Source of the DNA: Candidatus Pelagibacter ubique HTCC1062
GTDB lineage: Bacteria; Pseudomonadota; Alphaproteobacteria; Pelagibacterales; Pelagibacteraceae
NCBI RefSeq assembly: GCF_000012345.1
Contig: NC_007205.1
Coordinates: forward strand, 630,001 to 662,000
Reading direction: 5' to 3'
DNA: 32,000 nucleotides
Shown here: piece by piece, positions 1 to 9,027 of the stretch
How the letters are laid out: every line of letters starts with the position of its first letter
Position numbering within the stretch: the stretch's first letter is position 1
Program-made: the position numbers and the translations under genes
The notes under the pieces: generated by a model
What the model saw: only the letters and a program-made list of their open reading frames with translations
Told to the model about the DNA's origin: nothing
Databases searched by the model: none

Positions 1-1209
1 GGCATTATAATAACAAATCAAACACCATTTTATGGAGAGTCAGGAGGACAAGTTGCAGATACTGGAATAATCTCTAAAGAGGCTTTTGAATTTGAAGTGT
101 CTGATGTTCAAAAAAAATTAGGAGATTTATTTGTTCATTACGGAAAAGTTAAAAGAGGTTCAGTTAAACTAAAAGACAATGTTGAATTAAAAATAGATAC
201 ACAGAGAAGAAATAATATTAGAGCTTACCATTCTGCCACTCATTTGTTGCACGAAGCATTAAGAAGAGTTTTGGGTGAGCATGTAACCCAAAAAGGATCT
301 TTAGTTCAATCTGATCGATTAAGATTTGATTTTAGTCATATGAAACCTATTTCAGATGAAGAGATTAGAAAAATTGAACATTATGTAAACTCAATAATTG
401 AAAAAAAGTCAGAGGTGAAAACAAGAATAATGACACCTAAAGAAGCTGTTGAAAATGGCGCCCTAGCATTATTTGGGGAAAAATATGGTGATGAAGTTAG
501 AGTTTTGTCTATGGGAGATGAAGAAGGTAAATTTTTCTCAACTGAATTATGTGGAGGAACTCACGTTGTAAACACAGCTGATATTGGAAAATTTAAGATT
601 ATTAGCCAATCTTCTATTGCTGCAGGCGTAAGAAGAGTTGAAGCATTAAGAGACGCACAGTTAATTGATTTTTTAAAGGAAAAAGAAAACCAATCCAATT
701 TGTCGGATCAAAAAAATGAGGCAGTTATAAAAGAATTAGAGACAAAGATTATTAAATTAGGAGGAAAACCTAATCTTCAAAACAAGGATCAAGTAACTTT
801 AATAAAAGACCTTAATAGACAATTTGATCAACTTTCAGTTATCTCAATATTAAAAGATAAAGATAAAAATAAAATCAACGATCAAACCATTAATGGATTT
901 AAAGTTAGATTTCAAAATATTATAGATTTACCATTTAAAGATTTACGTAAGCTAATTGATGAAGGCAAAAAAGAAATTGGTGAAGGGTTAGTTGTAATTT
1001 ATGCAATCAATGATAATAAAGTTGGGTTGGCTGTAGGTGTTACCAAAACATTAGAAAAAAAGTTTGATGCTGTAAAAATTGTTAGAGCTGGTTCAGAAGT
1101 TATTGGGGGTAAAGGCGGTGGTGGCAGAGCTGACTTTGCACAAGCTGGAGGAACTTTGCCTGATAAAATTGAAGAGTCTTTTGAAAATATTAAAAAACTA
1201 ATTAATTAA
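1..1209 (+). CDS. alaS: Alanine--tRNA ligase, C-terminal portion (5' end lies outside the window)
   Basis: Frame 1 is open from nt 1 ([22 protein letters not shown]...) and runs into the listed ORF. It has the AlaRS editing-domain metal motifs (HSATHLLH ... CGGTHV) and the C-terminal [15 protein letters not shown] segment. Stop TAA at 1207-1209. Confidence 0.93.
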   Translation, partial: GIIITNQTPFYGESGGQVADTGIISKEAFEFEVSDVQKKLGDLFVHYGKVKRGSVKLKDNVELKIDTQRRNNIRAYHSATHLLHEALRRVLGEHVTQKGSLVQSDRLRFDFSHMKPISDEEIRKIEHYVNSIIEKKSEVKTRIMTPKEAVENGALALFGEKYGDEVRVLSMGDEEGKFFSTELCGGTHVVNTADIGKFKIISQSSIAAGVRRVEALRDAQLIDFLKEKENQSNLSDQKNEAVIKELETKIIKLGGKPNLQNKDQVTLIKDLNRQFDQLSVISILKDKDKNKINDQTINGFKVRFQNIIDLPFKDLRKLIDEGKKEIGEGLVVIYAINDNKVGLAVGVTKTLEKKFDAVKIVRAGSEVIGGKGGGGRADFAQAGGTLPDKIEESFENIKKLIN

Positions 1210-2416
1210 GCTTTTTCTTAAGCTGACCATCTAATTCATCTAAAAATTGATTAGTCGTTAGATAATTACTTGAGGGCCCAATTAAAATTGCCAAATCTTT
1301 TGTCATTGATCCATTTTCAACACAATCAATACAAACTTTTTCTAATGTAGTTGAAAATTTAATCAAATCTTCATTACCATCTAATTTTCCTCTATGTGCC
1401 AAACCTCTAGTCCAAGCAAAAATTGAAGCAATTGGATTTGTAGAAGTCTCTTTACCTTCTTGATGCATTCTGTAGTGTCTAGTTACAGTTCCGTGAGCCG
1501 CTTCTGCTTCCATAGTTTTTCCATCTGGTGCAAGAAGAACACTTGTCATTAGCCCTAATGATCCATAACCTTGAGCCACAGTATCAGATTGAACATCTCC
1601 ATCATAATTCTTACAAGCCCAAATATATTTACCACTCCATTTCATAGCACAAGCAACCATGTCATCAATTAGTCTATGCTCATAAGTAATGTTAAGTTTA
1701 TCAAAATCAGATTTAAACTCTTTATCAAAAATATCTTGGAAGATATCTTTGAACCTACCATCATAAATTTTTAAAATAGTATTTTTAGTAGAAAGATAAA
1801 CGGGCCATTTTTTAATTATTCCATAGTTAAAGCAAGATCTTGCAAAGTCTTCTATAGATTTATCTAAATTGTACATCGATAAAGCAATTCCTGGTCCAGG
1901 AAAGTTAAAGACCTCATATTTAATTTCATCACTGCCATCTTCTGCAGTCCATTTTATTTCCATTTTACCTTTACCGGGTACTTTAAAATCTGTTGCTCTA
2001 TATTGATCGCCAAAAGCATGTCTTCCAATAATTAAGGGGTCTGTCCAAGTTGGAACAAGTTTTGGAATATTTTTACAAATTATAGGCTCTCTAAAAACTG
2101 TGCCTCCAAGAATATTTCGTATCGTTCCGTTTGGAGATCTCCACATTTTTTTTAATTTAAACTCTTCAACTCGTGCTTCATCCGGAGTAATTGTTGCACA
2201 TTTTATACCAACACTATGTTCTTTAATTGCGTTAGCAGAATCTATTGTTATTTGATCATCGGTATCGTCACGACTTTTCATACCAAGATCGTAGTATTTA
2301 ATATCCAAATCTAAATAAGGCAAAATCAGTTTACTTTTGATGAATTCCCAAATGACTCTAGTCATCTCATCACCGTCTAGTTCAACAACTGGATTTTTAA
2401 CCTTTATTTTAGCCAT
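1202..2416 (-). CDS. icd: NADP-dependent isocitrate dehydrogenase (homodimeric, eukaryote/alphaproteobacterial type, 404 aa)
   Basis: Full-length ORF with family-typical segments: [59 protein letters not shown]. Its stop overlaps the alaS stop inside TTAATTAA. Confidence 0.95.
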   Translation of the reverse strand: MAKIKVKNPVVELDGDEMTRVIWEFIKSKLILPYLDLDIKYYDLGMKSRDDTDDQITIDSANAIKEHSVGIKCATITPDEARVEEFKLKKMWRSPNGTIRNILGGTVFREPIICKNIPKLVPTWTDPLIIGRHAFGDQYRATDFKVPGKGKMEIKWTAEDGSDEIKYEVFNFPGPGIALSMYNLDKSIEDFARSCFNYGIIKKWPVYLSTKNTILKIYDGRFKDIFQDIFDKEFKSDFDKLNITYEHRLIDDMVACAMKWSGKYIWACKNYDGDVQSDTVAQGYGSLGLMTSVLLAPDGKTMEAEAAHGTVTRHYRMHQEGKETSTNPIASIFAWTRGLAHRGKLDGNEDLIKFSTTLEKVCIDCVENGSMTKDLAILIGPSSNYLTTNQFLDELDGQLKKKLN

Positions 2417-2493
2417 AAATGAATAATATATATTAGTAATTGTAATTTAGTGCTTTATATACATATTAATAAAAAATTATCAAATAGAAGCTT

Positions 2494-3141
2494 ATGTTAG
2501 AGAAAATTTTCCCAAAAATTCATTCTGAAGGTTACAAATTTTTAGCGATAGCTATCATTGTAACAATATTTTTATATGTCCTGAGCACTTTTCTAGGATT
2601 AATTGGTCTAGTATTATCGATATGGGTTTATTATTTTTTTAGAGATCCAGAGCGAATTTCAATAAATGATGAAAACTATCTAACCAGTCCTGCTGACGGT
2701 GAAGTTTTGATGGTCCATGAAGTAGATGGTCCAAAAGAATTAGGTTTAGAAGATAGAAAATTTACTAAGATTAGTATCTTTATGAACGTATTTGACTGTC
2801 ACGTAAATCGAACTCCTTGTGAAGGTAAAATTTCAGAAATACTTTATAAGCCTGGAAAATTTTTAAATGCATCACTTGATAAAGCAAGTGAAGACAATGA
2901 AAGAAACTATTACAAGATAACAAATACTCATGGCGAAGAAATAATAGTTGTTCAAATCGCTGGTTTAATTGCCAGAAGAATTGTTTGCGAATCTTCAAAG
3001 GATCAACAATTACAACAAGGTGAAAGAATTGGTATGATTAGATTTGGAAGTAGAGCTGACGTTTATTTTGAGAATTATGAATCGTTAGTTAAAGTTGGAC
3101 AAAAAACAATTGCTGGTGAAACACTATTAGCTAAAAAGTAG
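2494..3141 (+). CDS. psd: Phosphatidylserine decarboxylase proenzyme (short form, 215 aa)
   Basis: N-terminal membrane anchor. PSD-like core and a C-terminal G-S autocleavage motif (IRFGSRADV). pssA follows after 3 nt. Confidence 0.9.
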   Translation: MLEKIFPKIHSEGYKFLAIAIIVTIFLYVLSTFLGLIGLVLSIWVYYFFRDPERISINDENYLTSPADGEVLMVHEVDGPKELGLEDRKFTKISIFMNVFDCHVNRTPCEGKISEILYKPGKFLNASLDKASEDNERNYYKITNTHGEEIIVVQIAGLIARRIVCESSKDQQLQQGERIGMIRFGSRADVYFENYESLVKVGQKTIAGETLLAKK

Positions 3142-3144
3142 CTT

Positions 3145-3948
3145 ATGGAACAACCAAAAAATAATTTTAAAATAGTATCAGATAAAAAAGCTAGAATGCT
3201 TTTGCCTAATGCACTGACATTAATAAATGTGTGTATTGGATTAAGTTCTATTAAATTTGCATTAGATGAAAAGTTTGAATTATCTATTATAGCTATTATT
3301 TTTGCCGCAATTTTTGATGCATTAGATGGCAGAGTTGCAAGAATGTTAAAAGGAACTTCTTTAGTTGGAAAAGAATTAGACTCATTGGCGGATTTAATTA
3401 GTTTTGGAGTAGCTCCAGCTTTTATAATGTATTTTTGGTCTTTAAATAATTTAGGTAAATTTGGCTGGTTACTCACAATGATTTTTGTAGTTTGTGTTGC
3501 CCTTAGACTTGCAAGATTTAATGTAAGTTCAAACTCTGAACCATCATGGAAAGACAATTACTTTGAGGGTGTGCCGTCACCTGCAGGTGGAATTTTGGTA
3601 TTGATGCCTTTAATATTAAGTCTAAGCGAGATAAATTTAATCAAAATTAATTACGATATAGTAGTACCAATACTGTTTATTTTGATATCATTTTTATTGA
3701 TCAGTAAAGTACCTACATTTGCATTTAAAAAAATTTCTATTCCTCGTCACTTGACAATTTTTGCATTGTTTGGTGTTGTTTTATTTTTTGGACTTTTATT
3801 AATATACACATTTAAAGTTTTGGTCATTTGTGGATTAATCTATATTTGCTTAATTCCAGTTGGATATTTTAGTTATCAAAAAATTTATAAACAGAAAATT
3901 TTAAATGGTGAAAGTGACACTAAAGAAGACCTTGAAGACATTCTATAG
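3145..3948 (+). CDS. pssA: CDP-diacylglycerol--serine O-phosphatidyltransferase
   Basis: CDP-alcohol phosphatidyltransferase signature D-x2-DG-x2-AR-x8-G-x3-D-x3-D, read as DALDGRVARMLKGTSLVGKELDSLAD. Multi-pass membrane protein, adjacent to psd. Confidence 0.9.
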   Translation: MEQPKNNFKIVSDKKARMLLPNALTLINVCIGLSSIKFALDEKFELSIIAIIFAAIFDALDGRVARMLKGTSLVGKELDSLADLISFGVAPAFIMYFWSLNNLGKFGWLLTMIFVVCVALRLARFNVSSNSEPSWKDNYFEGVPSPAGGILVLMPLILSLSEINLIKINYDIVVPILFILISFLLISKVPTFAFKKISIPRHLTIFALFGVVLFFGLLLIYTFKVLVICGLIYICLIPVGYFSYQKIYKQKILNGESDTKEDLEDIL

Positions 3949-4860
3949 ATGAAAAAAAATGTAATTGTATCTCTGGCAGACTCAAATTACTTTGAATTGC
4001 TTAATGAATTGGTCGATTCTATTAAAAGTTTTGAACAAAGCAAAGATACAGCAATTTGCATTTTAGATGCAGGTTTATCCGAGCAACAAAGAAATATATT
4101 ATCTAAAAAAGTAGATGAAATTAAATCAGCTGAATGGGATATTGATGTTCCAGCATTTAAAGTTAAAGGAAGAGAATGGCTAAAGAGTCAGGTATCTAGA
4201 GCTTTCTTACCAAAATATTTTCCTAGTTATGAAAAATTCTTATGGATAGATTGTGACGCTTGGGTAGGGGATTGGAATTCAATAGAGCTTTATTTTAAGG
4301 CCTGTGAAAATGGAAAATTAGGAATTACTCAAACCTTTACACCAGGATATAAAATAATGTCTAAAGTTAAATGGATATTTGGACAATTAGCAATAATTAA
4401 ATCTCAAAATTTTAAACATGCAATAAAGTCAAAAATTGGAATAGATAAAGCGCGGAAGCTTGCTTTTGCTCCACATATTAATATTGGTGTTTTTTCCTTA
4501 GAAAAAAATTCAGATGGCTGGACGACTTGGCAAAAAAATTTAGAACAAACACTTAAAGCTGGAAATATTTTTGGTTCAGAACAATTGGCTATTAACATGT
4601 CAGTTTACATTGACGATTTAGAAACAGAGTTCCTACCTCATAATTGCAATTGGTTAGTTAGTAATCTTTTACCAAAATTTAATGAAAAAGAAAAAAGCTT
4701 TGTGGAGCCTTACTTGCCCAATCATAAACTTGGTATAATACATCTTGCATCAGGTATTTGGGATGGAGATAAAGACATGAGATTACATAGAGAAGTAAAG
4801 ATAGATATAAAAACTTTAGAGGGTAAAATTTTATTAAAAAGCTTAAGGTTTGGTCGTTAA
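3949..4860 (+). CDS. Glycosyltransferase family 8-like protein (GT-A fold), acceptor unknown
   Basis: Segment-by-segment resemblance to LgtC-type GT8 enzymes: IVSLADSNY (cf. IVFAADDNY), ILDAGLSEQQR (cf. VLDAGISEANR), DxD motif in WIDCDAWV, NIGVFSLEK, SEQLAIN. Its ATG directly abuts the pssA stop. Confidence 0.6.
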   Translation: MKKNVIVSLADSNYFELLNELVDSIKSFEQSKDTAICILDAGLSEQQRNILSKKVDEIKSAEWDIDVPAFKVKGREWLKSQVSRAFLPKYFPSYEKFLWIDCDAWVGDWNSIELYFKACENGKLGITQTFTPGYKIMSKVKWIFGQLAIIKSQNFKHAIKSKIGIDKARKLAFAPHINIGVFSLEKNSDGWTTWQKNLEQTLKAGNIFGSEQLAINMSVYIDDLETEFLPHNCNWLVSNLLPKFNEKEKSFVEPYLPNHKLGIIHLASGIWDGDKDMRLHREVKIDIKTLEGKILLKSLRFGR

Positions 4861-5472
4861 TTGAAAAAAAATAGAATTTCTAAAAACTGGATTAATAAAC
4901 AAAAAAGAGATATTTATGTTAGACAATCTCAGGTAGACGGGTATCGAGCCAGATCAGCATATAAATTAATAGAAATAGATGAAAAATTTAAGATATTTAA
5001 AAATGGAATATCTGTAATCGATTTAGGGGCATCACCTGGTAGCTGGTCTCAATATATTTCAAGAACAGTAAAAAGTGGAAGGTTGGTTTCAATCGACTTA
5101 AAAGGTATGGAAGAAATTGAGAATACAATCCAAATCAAAGGTGATTTTACTGATTTAGAATCTCAAGAAAAAATAAAAGCTTTATTCAAATCAAAAGTGG
5201 ATGTTGTTGTCTCTGATATGGCTGTAAATACAACGGGTATAAAAGATATAGATGCAATTTATACTGGTGAACTTGCAATGGAGGCTATGAATTTTTCCAA
5301 AGAAATGTTGGTTAAAGAAGGACGATTTGTCTCTAAGATTTTTCTAGGCTCATCATTTAACGAAATTGTTGCTTTGGGCAAAAAATTATTTAAAGAAGTG
5401 AAGGTGTTTAAACCCAAGTCTAGCAGAAAAGAATCTAAGGAAAGTTTTATTATTTGTAAAATCTTAAGATAG
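4861..5472 (+). CDS. rlmE: 23S rRNA (uridine-2'-O)-methyltransferase RlmE/FtsJ, TTG start
   Basis: Aligns from its N-terminus with RlmE (W..K..D.YV.Q....GYRARSAYKL.EID). SAM-binding VIDLGASPGSWSQY, and VVVSDMA. No in-frame ATG until far downstream, so the TTG at 4861, right after the preceding stop, is the likely start. Confidence 0.9.
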   Translation: MKKNRISKNWINKQKRDIYVRQSQVDGYRARSAYKLIEIDEKFKIFKNGISVIDLGASPGSWSQYISRTVKSGRLVSIDLKGMEEIENTIQIKGDFTDLESQEKIKALFKSKVDVVVSDMAVNTTGIKDIDAIYTGELAMEAMNFSKEMLVKEGRFVSKIFLGSSFNEIVALGKKLFKEVKVFKPKSSRKESKESFIICKILR

Positions 5473-5503
5473 GGACTTTTTTTTTGAGGGGAATCATATA
5501 TAA

Positions 5504-6586
5504 ATGATTATGGATCCTATAAAAGAAGCTCTCACTTTTGACGATGTTACAATGGCACCAAAATACTCAGAAGTTTTACCTTCTGAAGTTGATACCAGCA
5601 CTAAATTATCATCTAATTTAACATTAAAAATACCTTTATTATCCTCTGCAATGGATACAGTTACTGAGAGTAAAATGGCTATAGCAATAGCTAAAGCAGG
5701 AGGCATTGGTGTAATTCATAGAAATTTGGATATTAAAAAACAAGTTGAAGAAATTAAAAAAGTTAAAAAATTAAACTTATTAGTTGGTGCGGCAGTTGGA
5801 GCTGGTCCTTTAGAACTTAAAAGAGCAAAAGCAATTTTAAAAGAAAAAGTTGATTTAATTGTTGTGGATACAGCTCATGGACATAGCAAAAAAGTAGCTG
5901 AAATTATTAAAGCTATAAAAAAATTAAAAACAAACAAAACAACTCTATGTGCTGGAAATATTGCAACAGCTGAAGCAGCAAAATTTTTAATAAAATTAGG
6001 AGTAGATATTATTAAAGTTGGAATAGGGCCAGGATCAATTTGTACGACTAGGCTAGTCGCAGGCATTGGTGTACCACAATTAAGTGCGATCCTTGCAGTT
6101 AAAAAAGGTGTTAAAAACAATAAAGTAAAAATAATTTCAGATGGTGGAATTAAATATTCAGGTGATTTAGCTAAAGCATTGTCAGCAGGTGCCGATGCTA
6201 TAATGATTGGATCTTTGTTTGCAGGAAGCTTAGAAACACCTGGAAAACTAATTAAAAAAAATGGTAAGTTATTTAAAAGTTTTAGAGGAATGGGATCAGT
6301 TGGTGCGATGAATAAAGGATCAGCTGATAGATATTTTCAAACCAAACAAAAAGATATATCTAAATATGTTCCAGAAGGAGTAGAAGGTTTTGTGAAATAT
6401 AAAGGTGATGTGAAAAGTATAATTTATAAATTAATTGGAGGATTAAAATCATCTATGGGATATCTAGGTGCAAAAAAAGTACCAAACCTTAAAAATAAAC
6501 CAAATTTTGTAAAAATAACTAAGGCTGGTTTTTATGAAAGTATGGTTCATAATGTTGATCAAGTTAAAAATGAGAGCAAGTATTAA
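5504..6586 (+). CDS. guaB: IMP dehydrogenase lacking the CBS/Bateman subdomain (360 aa)
   Basis: KEALTFDDV, SSAMDTVTE, the catalytic loop GIGPGSICTTR and the IMPDH flap (GMGSVGAM..GSADRYFQ..YVPEGVEG) are all present, as is a C-terminal ESMVHNV. The roughly 120-residue CBS pair normally found after ...EIKKVKK is replaced by 2-3 residues before VGAAVGAG. Confidence 0.85.
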   Translation: MIMDPIKEALTFDDVTMAPKYSEVLPSEVDTSTKLSSNLTLKIPLLSSAMDTVTESKMAIAIAKAGGIGVIHRNLDIKKQVEEIKKVKKLNLLVGAAVGAGPLELKRAKAILKEKVDLIVVDTAHGHSKKVAEIIKAIKKLKTNKTTLCAGNIATAEAAKFLIKLGVDIIKVGIGPGSICTTRLVAGIGVPQLSAILAVKKGVKNNKVKIISDGGIKYSGDLAKALSAGADAIMIGSLFAGSLETPGKLIKKNGKLFKSFRGMGSVGAMNKGSADRYFQTKQKDISKYVPEGVEGFVKYKGDVKSIIYKLIGGLKSSMGYLGAKKVPNLKNKPNFVKITKAGFYESMVHNVDQVKNESKY

Positions 6587-7023
6587 TGAGAACAATAAAT
6601 AAATTAATAATTGTCCTATTTATAATTTTAAATTTTGGAAGTTCTTCTTTTGCAGAAAATAACTTTTTTGAAGAAGGAAAAAATAAATACGATGAACAAA
6701 AATATGAAGAATCTAAATTTTTATTTCAAAGAAGTATTGTTTTTAACCCTAAGGACAAAGATTCATATTTGTATTTAGCAAAAATTTATAATTTTGAAGA
6801 GAACAAAAGAGAAGAACAAAAAAATATAGATACAGTGTTATTACTTGATCCAAAAAATGAAGAAGCAAACTACATGCTTATGGAAATAGAGTTAAAAAGA
6901 TCTAATTATTCCAAAGTAAAAGAACTAGCAGATAATTTTTCAAAAATTTGCAATAAATTGTGTGATAAGAAAAATTCTATTTTAGAATCCTTAAAGAATT
7001 TGGAACCTAAAAATGAGTCTTAG
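6586..7023 (+). CDS. Small secreted TPR-like protein, function unknown
   Basis: Signal peptide (…[10 protein letters not shown]). TPR-like helices (…[19 protein letters not shown]…, [19 protein letters not shown]). C-terminal Cys pair CNKLC. Its ATG shares one nt with the guaB stop, and its 3' end overlaps the guaA start by 11 nt. Confidence 0.65.
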
Positions 7024-8578
7024 TAATAATTTAAGTAAAATCTTAATAATCGATTTTGGTTCTCAATTTACACAATTAATTGCAAGAAGAGTAAGGGAAT
7101 TAGGGGTTTTTTCAGAAATTGTAAGTCATAAAAAAATAAAAATAGCTCAAATTACAAAAGATAATATTGCTGGAATAATACTGTCTGGTGGACCTCTTAA
7201 TGTTTATGAAAATGATAAATTTAAATTTGATAAGAAGATATTAAAACTTGGAATTCCAATCCTGGGTATATGTTTTGGACATCAGATATTGTCAAAACTA
7301 TTAGGTGGCAAAGTTAAAAAATCAAAACATAGAGAATTTGGTTTAGCCACTATAAACAAAGTATCCAATAGTACTTTAACTAAGAATTTTTTTAATAAAA
7401 ATAATAGAAGTGATGTTTGGATGAGCCATGCTGATCAAGTATCAAAGATGCCAAAAAATTTTAAAATTATAGCTTCTACAAAAAACTCTAAATTAACAAT
7501 TATTGAAAATATTAAAGAAAATTTTTATGGTGTACAATTTCACCCTGAAGTAACACACACTAATAAAGGTAAAATTTTATTAAGAAATTTTGTTTTTCTT
7601 ATTTGTAAAATTAAAAAAAACTGGTCATCAAAAGATCAAAAATTAAAATTAATTAATGAAATTAAAGACCAAGTAGGTGACAACAAAGTAATTTGTGGAT
7701 TGTCGGGTGGTGTGGATAGTAGTGTGGTTGCACAATTATTAAGCAAAGCAATTGGAAAAAATTTAACTTGTATTTTTGTTAATAATGGCCTTTTAAGAAA
7801 AAATGAAGAAATACAAGTAGTTAATACTTTTAAGAAAAAATTAAAAATTAATTTGATTTATGTTAATGCAGAAAAAGAATTTATTAGAAAATTAACAAAT
7901 GTATCTGATCCTGAAAAAAAACGAAAAATCATTGGTAATCTATTTATTAAAATATTTGAAAGATATGCTAATAGAATTAAGAATGTTAAATTTCTTGCTC
8001 AGGGCACTCTTTATCCAGACTTAATTGAAAGTAAATCTGTGACTGGTAGTCAAACTTCAAAAATAAAATCACATCATAATGTAGGGGGCCTTCCTAAAAG
8101 AATGAAATTAAAATTAGTAGAACCTCTTAAATTTTTATTTAAAGATGAAGTTAGAAAATTAGGATTAGAACTTAATTTATCTAATGACATAATCTCTAGA
8201 CATCCATTTCCCGGTCCTGGTCTAGCTATTAGAATGCCCGGTATTATAACCAATGAAAAAATTAAAATTTTAAAAGAGGCTGATTTCTATTTTATAAAAG
8301 CTTTAAGAGAGCATGGGTTATATGATAAAATTTGGCAAGCATATGCTGCACTCCTACCAGTAAAAACTGTGGGTGTTATGGGTGATAATCGAACTTACGA
8401 ACATATTTGTTTGTTAAGAGCAATTACCTCTGAAGATGGAATGACTGCTGATTTTTTTGATTTTCCTAAAGGTTTTATGCAATCAATCTCTAATCAAATT
8501 ATTAATAATATTAGAGGTATAAACAGAGTTGTTTATGATGTTACTTCAAAACCACCTAGTACCATTGAATTAGAGTAA
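7013..8578 (+). CDS. guaA: GMP synthase (glutamine-hydrolysing)
   Basis: N-terminal class-I glutamine amidotransferase (GICFGHQ nucleophile, QFHPE). ATP-pyrophosphatase P-loop SGGVDSSV. Conserved C-terminal dimerisation domain ending ...PPSTIELE. Confidence 0.96.
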
Positions 8579-8604
8579 TACTTTACTATAGAGTACATAA
8601 TATT

Positions 8605-9024
8605 ATGAAATATTTACACACCATGATCAGAATCTCAGACGTGGAAAAATCATTAGATTTCTACTGTAAGGGATTAGGTTTAATTGAAACTAGAAGAATG
8701 GAAAATGAGCAAGGTAGATTTACCTTAATTTTTCTAGCAGCACCTGGCGATGAAAAAGCCGAACTAGAGCTAACCTACAATTGGGATGGTGATGAGTTAG
8801 GTGATGGATCTCGTAATTTTGGTCACTTAGCATACCGTGTTGAAAATATTTATCAAACTTGTGAGAGACTTCAAGATATGGGATATACAATTAATAGACC
8901 ACCTAGAGACGGTCATATGGCATTTGTCAGATCTCCAGACAATATTTCTATAGAAATCTTACAAGAGGGTAATTTAGAAATTAAAGAACCTTGGGCCTCA
9001 ATGAAAAATGAAGGTGTTTGGTAA
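8605..9024 (+). CDS. gloA: Lactoylglutathione lyase (glyoxalase I, short single-domain type)
   Basis: Collinear with E. coli-type GloA: M.YLHTMIRISDVEKSLDFY, AELELTYNW, FGHLAY, SPDNISIEILQ. These segments include positions matching the metal ligands (H, E, H, E). Confidence 0.85.
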   Translation: MKYLHTMIRISDVEKSLDFYCKGLGLIETRRMENEQGRFTLIFLAAPGDEKAELELTYNWDGDELGDGSRNFGHLAYRVENIYQTCERLQDMGYTINRPPRDGHMAFVRSPDNISIEILQEGNLEIKEPWASMKNEGVW

Positions 9025-9027
9025 AAA

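Noticed and set aside
3075-3557. A 160-aa ORF antisense to pssA. Similar antisense or alternate-frame ORFs occur at 2780-2998, 4404-4598, 5494-5706, 5875-6120, 11402-11608, 11848-12084, 12922-13110, 14866-15069, 19222-19413, 19997-20185, 23476-23805, 23808-24113 and 24025-24264.
   Set aside because: Each lies wholly inside a gene whose sense-strand product has strong family motifs. Their translations are low-complexity, have no recognisable motifs and lack credible starts or context. For 3075-3557, a stop in that antisense frame requires sense-strand patterns NNT-TAN, NNC-TAN or NNT-CAN (Tyr/His/Gln codons after T- or C-ending codons). Those are rare in this hydrophobic membrane protein, so the long open frame is a compositional by-product.
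5461-5485. A T9 run after rlmE (5477-5485), preceded by the 10-nt palindrome ATCTTAAGAT, considered as a terminator.
   Set aside because: The palindrome has no loop and could form at most a 3-bp stem. No stable GC-containing hairpin precedes the T run, so it is not a credible intrinsic terminator.
5504-6586. An alternative call of the 360-aa GuaB-like ORF as GMP reductase (GuaC), which is naturally about 345 aa and lacks CBS domains.
   Set aside because: The N-terminus (EALTFDDV), the AMDTVTE block, the long flap (GSADRYFQ...VPEGVEG) and the C-terminal ESMVHNV match IMPDH rather than GuaC. The gene also sits with guaA. The CBS-less IMPDH interpretation is retained.
8605-9024. gloA looks somewhat more GC-rich than its neighbours (about one third G+C in stretches I counted by hand, versus about one fifth to one quarter at the guaA 5' end), suggesting horizontal acquisition.
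   Set aside because: The difference is modest and based on hand counts of short stretches. It is comparable to other conserved enzymes in the window, such as gcvP. There are no flanking repeats, tRNA or mobility genes.
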